This document shows positions 27,832-35,534 of a stretch of 57,828 nucleotides of DNA, in pieces; position 1 is the stretch's first letter; the number at the start of each line of letters is the position of its first letter. Source of the stretch: a virus. Lineage: Duplodnaviria > Caudoviricetes. Location of the stretch: positions 1 to 57,828 of IMG/VR virus record IMGVR_UViG_3300042355_000871; one strand, 5' to 3'. The translations under genes were made by a program, and so were the position numbers. The notes beneath the pieces are model-generated. The model was not told where the DNA came from and ran no database searches. It saw only the letters and a list, made by a program, of their open reading frames with translations.

Positions 27832-28012
27832 CAGTTTTGTTATCGCGAAGCGTTTAAGCCGCGCTTCTGCATCTTCCGCTCGTTGATGCAGCTCAGACTA
27901 TATCATCACCGTTGTTCCGGTGTCGGGCGCTCGTGGGCGGGTTATTCTTTCGTCACCGCCTAGTCGTTGCACCTTCCGCAGCCCTGACCTCTTGCGAGGC
28001 TACATCTGCGGC

Positions 28013-28041
28013 TTGGCTCAGGATTATCAATGCAGTACAAT
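28013..28041 (+). promoter_or_regulatory. Putative antisense promoter for the intron HNH gene, inside the ribozyme core
   Basis: TTGGCT(28013-18)-N17-TACAAT(28036-41). Confidence 0.55.
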
Positions 28042-28114
28042 AAGATTGGTTCTTGGTACTGCGAAGCGTTGGTTTTCCCTGAGTTCACCCGATTATTCGA
28101 TTCGGAGTTTTCCG

Positions 28115-28864
28115 TTGCCAAAGGTTCTGAAGACGTGTGTTCGGTGTGGCGTCGAGTTTTCGATCTTTCCGTCCCGAGAGCGCTGGCAAGCAGCGAGAGG
28201 CGTCGAGATCAAGTTTTGCTCCCGCAAATGTACCGCCGAAGCAAGGTCTGCTGGAGAGATCGGATCGCGCAAGCGAGAGGGAGGCGAACTCCCATGCTCG
28301 ACCTGCGGAACGCCGGTCTATCTGAAGCAGTACAAGCTCAAGCGCGACACCCTGCATTTCTGTTCGCAGGGGTGCAGGATCAAGGCGATTTCCGAGAACC
28401 GAATTGATCGCAAGTTCGATCAGATTGCCGAGAAGAAGAGGACCGGCGCGTGGTTTTCCTGCTGCATATGCAGCAAGAAGAAGTACCAGCGCATCTCCTA
28501 CATTAACCGGAACGTGAACAAGACTTGCGGCAGTCGATCCTGCTTTTCGGCCTATCTGCGAAGCCTCTGGAGCCTGCCTCCGTGCTCTGATGAGGAGCGC
28601 CGGAAATCAGGCAGTAGGGGTCCGCGACCGAAGAGGGTATCCAATTTCACCGCCAAGCAGCGGCTAAACTGGCTGGAAGACGCCTGCGCTCGGTGCGGAA
28701 CATCCGACAACCTGGCGCTAGACCACATTCTTGCAGTCAGTTGCGGTGGCAAGTCGGAGCGAGAGAACGCTCAAACCCTTTGTCAGCCATGCAACAACTG
28801 GAAGATGAAACACATCGATAAGCCCTTGGCGCGGGCTTGGAACAAACTCCAAAAAGCGGCTTAG
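28115..28864 (+). CDS. Intron-encoded HNH homing endonuclease with three N-terminal CxxC...(F)CSxxC Zn modules, antisense to the intron
   Basis: GGAG SD then TTG 28115 (MPKVLKTCVRCG); CARCG...LALDHI...GG....NAQTLCQPCN. Confidence 0.88.
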   Translation: MPKVLKTCVRCGVEFSIFPSRERWQAARGVEIKFCSRKCTAEARSAGEIGSRKREGGELPCSTCGTPVYLKQYKLKRDTLHFCSQGCRIKAISENRIDRKFDQIAEKKRTGAWFSCCICSKKKYQRISYINRNVNKTCGSRSCFSAYLRSLWSLPPCSDEERRKSGSRGPRPKRVSNFTAKQRLNWLEDACARCGTSDNLALDHILAVSCGGKSERENAQTLCQPCNNWKMKHIDKPLARAWNKLQKAA

Positions 28865-28886
28865 TGGATGGTGGATTCCACGGTTA

Positions 28887-29085
28887 ACCGAACATACGAG
28901 CCCGATTCGTTGTAGAGCTGACGGATGCGGATCGTCGGGCCGCTGTAGGCTTTCCATCCGCCCTTGCTCTTCATGGTGTAGAGGATGGCGTTGGCGTTGG
29001 AGACAAGGTCTTGATATCCGGGGGACCGGAACTCAAGGGCGAGCGAGAACGCTTCCCCGAGTTTTTCTACGCTTGATAGTGGCAC
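28887..29085 (-). CDS. Major capsid protein, exon 1
   Basis: AAGGA SD and GTG start after the scaffold; ...YQDLVSNANAIL...YSGPTIR...LYNESGSYVR. Confidence 0.88.
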
Positions 29086-29103
29086 GACAAATGGTCCTTG
29101 TGA

Positions 29104-30363
29104 TTAGGCGATGCCTAGCTTGCTGAACGCAGCCGTGATGGCATCGCGTGCTGATGAGGGGACTGGCCGTCTCACGGCAGGGTTTGAGCCTGAACCGGGT
29201 GCGCCAGTAATGGATGCTTGACCGCGTCGGGTTTGAGCCACGAGGTCGGGCGCCGGAATATCCGGCGCGGGGGGCGAGAGCGACGGAGCGGGGTTGAGCC
29301 GCTCGACCTTCTCGTAAGCTTTCTGCAACCGGGCCATTGGTTCAAGGTCCGGTGCAAATCTCGGGTTGTGCAGTTCTGTCTCGATGTCTCTTGCAAGCTC
29401 ATCAAAGCGGGGATGAGCCTTCGAGAACTCTGCAACCTGGTTCTGGATGGAAGATGAGCGCTGCTCCATTTCTTCCTGCTGACGCCGCTGCTGGGCCGTC
29501 TCATAGGCCGCAAGGCGTCTCTCTGTTTCTTCCAGCCTGCGCTGGAGGTCGGTGTTCTCGGTGTCGAAGGCTGTGTCCGGTTCAACCTCGTCCACGATCT
29601 GCTTGGCGAACTGGTAGAGGCTCTCATAGCCCTGGTTCTTGACCAGCCGCTCGATGCCCGCGGGCATGTTCGTGGCAAGCAGGCGATCGAACTCGACGTA
29701 GTTCTTCAGCGTCTCCTTGAGAGGAGCCCTGTAGGTCTCCTGCGAGAGCCGGTCATACTCGGCAAGCTCGTTCCAGCGCTCAGCGCCTTCCCGATGCTTG
29801 ACCAGCCCGGCGCTGAGTTCGTCGTGCATCCTGACGACTTCAGCACGCAGAGGCTCAGGGGCTGCATCCCATGTCGATTTGGCCTCGGCAGACATGCGCT
29901 GCGGGGGCTGATACCTGCTCGGTGCGGTCGGTGTCGGCGTTGCAGGCGGTGTTGCTACAGTTGCTGCATCTGCGACAGGTGGCGCTGCCTTTGCAGCCTC
30001 CATGTTCGCACGGCGCGTCTCCCAGCCCTTGGCCGTGCGCTCGGATGCTTCAGATCGCGCCGTTGCATCACGCGCCTGCTTCTCGGCTGCACTCTTGGCA
30101 TTGGCGACCAGCTTCTCGTCTGCACCGGGTCCATCACGCAGGACAGCCGCTGCACGCTCCGTTTCGGTCGGCGGGCGAGCCTCGACCGTGTTGAAGGCGC
30201 TGCGGATGGCGTCGCTGATCGATGGCGACTTGTCAGCCTTGGCCGGCGCGGATGACTTGCCCTCGGATGCAGCCGGGGCTGTCGAAGGTCCGCTGCTTGT
30301 GGAAGGTGCAGATGCAGGTTCGCTGCCGCCCGTTTGAGGGGCGCTAGAAAGGTCGTCGGCCAT
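29104..30363 (-). CDS. Capsid scaffolding protein
   Basis: Low-complexity N-terminus, long charged helices, FSKAHPRFDEL, LQKAYEK; immediately before the capsid gene. Confidence 0.8.
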   Translation of the reverse strand: MADDLSSAPQTGGSEPASAPSTSSGPSTAPAASEGKSSAPAKADKSPSISDAIRSAFNTVEARPPTETERAAAVLRDGPGADEKLVANAKSAAEKQARDATARSEASERTAKGWETRRANMEAAKAAPPVADAATVATPPATPTPTAPSRYQPPQRMSAEAKSTWDAAPEPLRAEVVRMHDELSAGLVKHREGAERWNELAEYDRLSQETYRAPLKETLKNYVEFDRLLATNMPAGIERLVKNQGYESLYQFAKQIVDEVEPDTAFDTENTDLQRRLEETERRLAAYETAQQRRQQEEMEQRSSSIQNQVAEFSKAHPRFDELARDIETELHNPRFAPDLEPMARLQKAYEKVERLNPAPSLSPPAPDIPAPDLVAQTRRGQASITGAPGSGSNPAVRRPVPSSARDAITAAFSKLGIA

Positions 30364-30387
30364 GTGTAGCTCCGTCTGAGGGAGGGG

Positions 30388-30600
30388 TTAGTTAGGTCGG
30401 CCCGAAGGCAACCATTCGTCGAGAACTCTGGTGAGACGCTCGCACTGGCATTCGATGCCGTGCAGTTCGAGTTGGACAGCGTGGATCAGGCAGTCAGCCG
30501 CGAAGCTCGCAATCGTGCTTTCCGGCATCAGTGTGTCACGCAGCCTGGCGATGGCTTCGAGTTCGTCGTCATTGAACGTCAGAGTGATGCGCTTGCTCAC
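30388..30600 (-). CDS. Small protein, possible ribbon-helix-helix
   Basis: GTGA overlap start; KRITLTFNDDELEAIARL. Confidence 0.45.
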   Translation of the reverse strand: MSKRITLTFNDDELEAIARLRDTLMPESTIASFAADCLIHAVQLELHGIECQCERLTRVLDEWLPSGRPN

Positions 30601-31133
30601 TTGATGACACCGAAGGGCGTTGCAGCCTGCTTGGCTCTGGCCCGGTAATTGGCGACGGTTCCGCCCTCGTTGAAGACGATGTTGTTGGCCTTGGCGACGG
30701 CTTCCTTGATGGCCTTGCGGTCGGGCTTGGGCTTCTTGAGCGGGGCAGGCTTGTCGTTGCCCATCTCCACCATGCCGCGGGCTTTGTACTCCCGGCGCAA
30801 CTTGGACTTGCTGGTGAAGTGGATGCCGCTCGCCTGACACTGGACGCCGTTCAGCCCGCCGATGCTCTCCAGGTTGTCGCTGATGATGCCGATGCCCGCA
30901 TACTCGTGGGCAAGGTCGAACTGCTCAGGCATACAGTTGTGCGGCCAGTGCGAGGTCTCGTGCATCCCGCCGCAGGTCTTGCAGGCCATGAACTGTCCCG
31001 AGCGCGGCCCACTGAGATAGTCGTCGTAATGCGCGGTCGGATCATACTTTGGCTCAGCCGCCGAGGCGGCAACCTGCGAGGCTTCCACCAGCTTGTTGGT
31101 TTCCTTGCAAATACGATAGACAGTCTTGGTCAT
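30597..31133 (-). CDS. Conserved protein preceding the scaffold
   Basis: CKTCGGMH...WPHNC; G..FTSKSKLRREYKARGMVEMGND. Confidence 0.7.
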   Translation of the reverse strand: MTKTVYRICKETNKLVEASQVAASAAEPKYDPTAHYDDYLSGPRSGQFMACKTCGGMHETSHWPHNCMPEQFDLAHEYAGIGIISDNLESIGGLNGVQCQASGIHFTSKSKLRREYKARGMVEMGNDKPAPLKKPKPDRKAIKEAVAKANNIVFNEGGTVANYRARAKQAATPFGVIK

Positions 31134-31441
31134 CAGAACGTCCCGCGTCTGTAAGTGAACTCCACGCCCCGCTTGGTCGGGTCCAGGTTCTTGCCTTGCA
31201 ACAGGGCCTCTGCGTCGTGGTCGATCAGGTGGTCGTTGACACTGATGCGCTTGGCCCTGCGCTTGGGCGGCTCGTCCAGAACCGGCGCCCGTGTGCAGGC
31301 ATTCAGCACCCAGCCATAGAGCAGCGCCAGATATGCGCCCGCCGTCTCGTCCTCGTTCGGTGGCCGTGCCTCATCGATCCCGTTGGCATTGAGCCGGGCT
31401 GCGATGGCGTAGAACTCGGAGCGGTCCCAGCCGTCAGCCAT
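31133..31441 (-). CDS. Hypothetical protein
   Basis: Tightly packed ORF with TGATG overlap. Confidence 0.55.
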   Translation of the reverse strand: MADGWDRSEFYAIAARLNANGIDEARPPNEDETAGAYLALLYGWVLNACTRAPVLDEPPKRRAKRISVNDHLIDHDAEALLQGKNLDPTKRGVEFTYRRGTF

Positions 31442-31444
31442 CAG

Positions 31445-32101
31445 TTACGCCGCCAGAAGCAGCAGGATGATTGCATCGTCATAGTCGCGTATGTCCTGCC
31501 TGATCCGTTCCGCCAGTGCGCGGGCTTCTTCCCTCGCCTTGCGGTCGGCCTCGATCAGCGCCTTGCGTTCGCGCCGGGCCTTGAAGTCTATCAGCGACGG
31601 CCTGGTCAGGACGGGCTTGGGATAGTCCAGAAGCGCCGTAATGGCCTTCAGCCTCGCCTGGCTGATCTCAATCGCGATCTGTGCCGGCGCTTCTTCCGGC
31701 TCAGTTCCAAGCGCCCTTGAAATAGCGTGGCGTCGGTTTGCCCTGTCTGCTTCCTGCCTGCGTGCGGCTTCCTGCCGGTTGGCGTCCTCTTCCGCCCACC
31801 TGCGGCGAAGCTCTGCCATGTCCTCGACAATGGGCGCCTTGCGGCGTGTCCATCCATCGTGGCCGTCAATCTGTTGTGTCGGCTCGTCAGCCGTTCCCGT
31901 GAAGGTGAGGTCTGCCGTGAACGTCGAGGTTCCGGCGAACGCACCAGAGATAGCCCCAGCCGGAAGATCCAGCGTTCCCGTCCATGAGGACGAGCCCGCA
32001 AAGCTGCCAGACATCGCGTTAGGGTCGGTTGCAGTTTCCTGCCCGCCCATCGCTTTGAAGTAGAGTGCTTTCCAGTAGTCGGCTGAGAAGAAATTGGCCA
32101 T
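31445..32101 (-). CDS. Hypothetical protein (beta-repeat N-terminus, charged C-terminus)
   Basis: SGSFAGSSS repeats shared with the upstream gene; ends DDAIILLLLAA. Confidence 0.65.
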   Translation of the reverse strand: MANFFSADYWKALYFKAMGGQETATDPNAMSGSFAGSSSWTGTLDLPAGAISGAFAGTSTFTADLTFTGTADEPTQQIDGHDGWTRRKAPIVEDMAELRRRWAEEDANRQEAARRQEADRANRRHAISRALGTEPEEAPAQIAIEISQARLKAITALLDYPKPVLTRPSLIDFKARRERKALIEADRKAREEARALAERIRQDIRDYDDAIILLLLAA

Positions 32102-32907
32102 CAGTCGAGGTCGTAGGTTATGGCGGTTCGATTGCCGTCCGTGTCCACGCTTGCCACGATGCGGTTTGCGCCATCAGCCACCGCGTTCCGTATGGTGATG
32201 GTCGCCGTCCCGCCGCCGCTGATCTTGCCCGCCGTCGCCGCCGTCACCAGACGCAGCGCCTGCCGAAGCGTCATTCCCGTTTCGATGTCTTCCTGATCCA
32301 GCAAATAGGACGAGAACCCTTGCGCCTCCAGCGTGACAGGCGGTGCGAATGAGCCCGACATGGAGCCCGTCGCGTACCGGATCGCCTCGAAGCTTGCGAC
32401 ACCTGCAAACGCGCCCACGATGTTGCCCTTGGCGAGTACAGCGCCGGAGAAGGCAGCGACACCTGCGAACGTGCCAACCGCACCCAGCGCCGCCGTGACG
32501 TTGCCTGCGAAGGTTCCGACACCAGCAAACGAACCGATGCCCGAGACGACAAGCTGACCCGTGCCGGCGAAAGCTGCAACGCTCGCAAAGGTCGCTGCAA
32601 GGTTCCGGCCCGCAGCGATGGACGCCGTGAACGCTGCAAGCCCGTTGGCCGTCGAGTGCGCTGAAATCCCGCCCGCCGTGCGCGGCATCAGCCAGCCGCG
32701 GGCGCCGTAGCCTCCAGGTATCGACGCCAGTTCGTAAGCGTCGGTTGAGTATTCCGTAATCGCTATGTTACGCAGCGCGCCGTTGCGGCCCCAATTGGCG
32801 CGCGTATTGACCTGCGCCGATCCTACGCCAGACGCATGGGCCGTTGAGGTTCCGCCAAGCCAGCGGCCCGGACCTTTGTTGAGGACGCTGTAATTGCCCC
32901 AGAGCAT
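32101..32907 (-). CDS. Putative virion accessory/fibre protein with GxFAGVAxF repeats
   Basis: About five 19-aa repeats; C-terminal TLRQALRL..A..AGKISG...R.......D.DGNRT. Confidence 0.65.
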   Translation of the reverse strand: MLWGNYSVLNKGPGRWLGGTSTAHASGVGSAQVNTRANWGRNGALRNIAITEYSTDAYELASIPGGYGARGWLMPRTAGGISAHSTANGLAAFTASIAAGRNLAATFASVAAFAGTGQLVVSGIGSFAGVGTFAGNVTAALGAVGTFAGVAAFSGAVLAKGNIVGAFAGVASFEAIRYATGSMSGSFAPPVTLEAQGFSSYLLDQEDIETGMTLRQALRLVTAATAGKISGGGTATITIRNAVADGANRIVASVDTDGNRTAITYDLD

Positions 32908-32908
32908 A

Positions 32909-34069
32909 TCAGCTCCAACCGAAGTCGAGCGCTCCAAAAAACGAGCTGTTGTTCGGAATGGCCGAGCCCGCGTAGATCATCCACGCGAGGCACGCCCCGT
33001 CATAGACCCTCGGCATAGAGGGAAGCTGGTTCACCAGATCGCGCTCTGAGGCCACGCCCAGCGTCGTGATCGGCAGCGTCAGCAGCGGCTTGGCGAAGCA
33101 CAGGTTGTAGACGCCAGTGGTCACGCCCGCGCTCGCAAGGATGATGTTCTGGATCGTCCTGATCCCCGCATCACCGCCAGCCAGCGGGAAGAACGGCCCG
33201 AACTTGCCCGAGCCCGTGCCTGAGTAGGGAACGCCAAGCAGCGGCGAAGTTGCGTTGTTGGTCGGCAGCGCGGGCGAGGATGGCGTGGTACGTGAGCCCG
33301 TGCCTGCGCTGTTGGTATAGGTGAGCTGGAACGTTCCCGTTCCCGCCGTGCCCGCCGTCGAGGCCACCAGAAACGCTTGCACCCCTGCCCCATCCGAATA
33401 GCGCGGCAGGCGAACCGTCATCGTGTTCGTGCCGGAGCCTGCATCTGTGAACGCAATTGCCGTCGTCGCGACCGCGTTCGTCAGGGACGTGGCAAGGCGC
33501 GAGGTCGTCGCAGAGACGCGGATCGTCCAGTAGATCGTGCCCGCCACAAGGCCCGTGGGAAGCGCGCCCGTCGTCGTGAAGCTGACAGGGGTGAGATCGG
33601 CATAGTCCGCCACCGTGGTCATCAGCAGGCCAGACGAGGACGAGAACGTCACGTTTTCCGTGTTCACCAGCGTCTTCGTGCCGACCGTGGAAATAGTCGC
33701 GTTGGTCAGCGTGGCGTAGCTCAGAAGGTCCACGAGCATCATCACGCACGGCACAGTCGTCGCCGCAGCTGTGAAGGCAGAGGCGTTGAGCAGCACCTTG
33801 TAGTCCGTCGCGCTCGCGCCGATGTTGCCGCCGTGCTGAATGCCGCCATGCGTCGTGCCGATATCGTAGAGCGGCTTCTGAACCAGCGTTGTACCAGAGC
33901 CCAGCGCCGTGTTTGCAACCGGATTGCCAGCGCCGCCTGCAAGGCATTGCCATGTGCCAGCCACAACCGTGCCGCCCGTCGCGTGGTTCTTGTTCCAATC
34001 CGCGCGGAAGAACTTCCCCGAGTTGGAGACGTTCGTCACGAGGTTATCGAGCGAGGAAAAGCCAGCCAT
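32909..34069 (-). CDS. Putative structural protein (paralogue of 34070-34933) with inserted beta domain
   Basis: LPRYSDGAGV, LTYTNSAG...RT, GPFFPLAGGDAGIRTI, KPL; insertion LPTGLVAGTIYW...RLATS. Confidence 0.7.
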   Translation of the reverse strand: MAGFSSLDNLVTNVSNSGKFFRADWNKNHATGGTVVAGTWQCLAGGAGNPVANTALGSGTTLVQKPLYDIGTTHGGIQHGGNIGASATDYKVLLNASAFTAAATTVPCVMMLVDLLSYATLTNATISTVGTKTLVNTENVTFSSSSGLLMTTVADYADLTPVSFTTTGALPTGLVAGTIYWTIRVSATTSRLATSLTNAVATTAIAFTDAGSGTNTMTVRLPRYSDGAGVQAFLVASTAGTAGTGTFQLTYTNSAGTGSRTTPSSPALPTNNATSPLLGVPYSGTGSGKFGPFFPLAGGDAGIRTIQNIILASAGVTTGVYNLCFAKPLLTLPITTLGVASERDLVNQLPSMPRVYDGACLAWMIYAGSAIPNNSSFFGALDFGWS

Positions 34070-34933
34070 CTAGTTCCACACCGTTTCGATTGTGCCCATG
34101 ATCTGCGCACCCGACAGCGTCCCGCTCGGGTAGCAGATCAGATTGAGGTAAGCGTCGCTCTTGATCTCAGCCAACTGGACGCCGTCGAGGATCATGTCGC
34201 GCTCAACCGGCGCCGTGATGTCGTGAACCGCGAACGAAGCCAGCGGCTTGACCAGAACCAGCGTGATCAGCCCCACGTCGCCCGTCAGGAACGTGCAGCT
34301 CTCGATTGATCGCACGCCACTGTCACCAGCCTGAAGCGGGATGAATGGCCCGGCGCATCCAAGCGTGGCCGGCGCCGTCGAGATGATCGTTCCGTTCACC
34401 GTCTGGGTGTTGCAAGTGACCGTCGCGCTTGTCCGTCCCGCAACGCCGTTCGAATTGGTATACGTGACAAAGAAGCTGACCCCGCCAATCTGCGAGGCGA
34501 CTTCCACCGCCATGATCTTAACGCCCGCCCCGGTCGGATACCGTGGCAACGCATCGCCAACGATCATCGACTGAGCGTCCGTGACACTCATATCCACGAA
34601 GGGGTAATACAGCAGGTAATCACACAGGATGCAGGGCAGCGGGACCGCAGTCGTCGTCACCGTCATCGCCAATATGCGGCGCAGGTGCTTCGTGTACGTC
34701 CCGCCCGGCGTCGCGCCGTGGAACAGCCCGCCGTCAGCCGATTGCGTCAGCGCCTTACCGATCAGCGGCGCCGCAGCGTAGAAGTTCGGCACCGGATTGC
34801 CCGGCGACATCGAGAGATCGAACCAGATGCCCGAGCCCGTCGTCTGGGTCGGGACTTTCCGCCATCCGAACAGCGTGGCCTGTCCAGCCTCTTCGGCGTC
34901 AATCAGCTCCCTGAACGAGCGGAACGCGGTCAT
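34070..34933 (-). CDS. Putative structural protein (paralogue of 32909-34069)
   Basis: LPRYPTGAGV, VTYTNSNG..GRT, GPFIPLQAGDSGVRSI, LVKPL. Confidence 0.7.
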   Translation of the reverse strand: MTAFRSFRELIDAEEAGQATLFGWRKVPTQTTGSGIWFDLSMSPGNPVPNFYAAAPLIGKALTQSADGGLFHGATPGGTYTKHLRRILAMTVTTTAVPLPCILCDYLLYYPFVDMSVTDAQSMIVGDALPRYPTGAGVKIMAVEVASQIGGVSFFVTYTNSNGVAGRTSATVTCNTQTVNGTIISTAPATLGCAGPFIPLQAGDSGVRSIESCTFLTGDVGLITLVLVKPLASFAVHDITAPVERDMILDGVQLAEIKSDAYLNLICYPSGTLSGAQIMGTIETVWN

Positions 34934-35094
34934 GGCGCGGGCTCAGGTTCGGGCTCGGGTGGAGGCTCAGGCGGAGGCTCGTCCTCGCTCACCACGTCAG
35001 CAGAGGAGACACAGGCACAAGCCTTCCACGCTTGATTATCTTCAACCCTCGTGAGGAGCCCGCACTGGGTGCATGTGTGCCGATAGATAATCAT
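34930..35094 (-). CDS. Small Cys-rich hypothetical protein
   Basis: MIIYRHTCTQCG...ACAC; overlapping start and stop codons on both sides. Confidence 0.5.
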   Translation of the reverse strand: MIIYRHTCTQCGLLTRVEDNQAWKACACVSSADVVSEDEPPPEPPPEPEPEPAP

Positions 35095-35534
35095 CAGTCC
35101 TCGGTGCCGTCCAGGTCGCCTGCGCCAAACTGCGGCTGAATGCCTGAGCTGATCGCCAGCGAAGCCGACAGCGCGCCGCGGTAGAGAACCTTGCCCGTGC
35201 CACTCGATGCCGTGCCAATCGCGAAGTATGTCGCCGTTTCGGAACCGCCCGTGCATTGCGGGAACTGCACAAGCGCAGCGTTGGTCACGGCGTTGCCCGA
35301 CACCGTCCAGCCAGCGCCAGAGCGTGCGACAGCGACCCGCGCATAGCTCGTGTAAGCGCATTCATTCGTGGTCTGGGTTCCAGCTTCGCCCGGATCGCCC
35401 GTATGAAGCGACACATAGAGCGAGCCCGCCGTAGCTGACGGTTGCAGGCCCGATGCGTCACCAATGAGCGCCGCTGCGGTGTTATTGAAGATCAGCAAAA
35501 GGAGGTCGTTCTCGAAGGTGTTCGACTTGCTCAT
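35094..35534 (-). CDS. Putative virion fibre/decoration protein
   Basis: MSKSNTFENDLL...LYVSLHTGDPGEAG....E..Y..YARVAV...I..GI.P.F..G.L. Confidence 0.7.
   Translation of the reverse strand: MSKSNTFENDLLLLIFNNTAAALIGDASGLQPSATAGSLYVSLHTGDPGEAGTQTTNECAYTSYARVAVARSGAGWTVSGNAVTNAALVQFPQCTGGSETATYFAIGTASSGTGKVLYRGALSASLAISSGIQPQFGAGDLDGTED

Larger units (their letters stand above)
27832..28886 (-). ncRNA. Group I self-splicing intron (1055 nt) in the major capsid gene
   Basis: Minus-strand core: P3 UCGGGUG/CGCCCGA, P4 AACUCAGGGAA/AAUCCUGAGC, P7 GCAACGACUA/GAUAUAGUC, P8 and P9 hairpins. Exon ends in U and intron ends in G. Splicing restores YVR-Y-NGAQF in frame (336 aa). Confidence 0.92.

Noticed and set aside
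27920-28114. N-terminal 65 codons of the track's 314-aa HNH ORF
   Set aside because: They are the complement of the ribozyme core; the SD and TTG at 28115 are the better start.
27020-29085. Capsid pseudogene disrupted by an HNH insertion
   Set aside because: A complete group I core and exact in-frame splice junctions explain the break.
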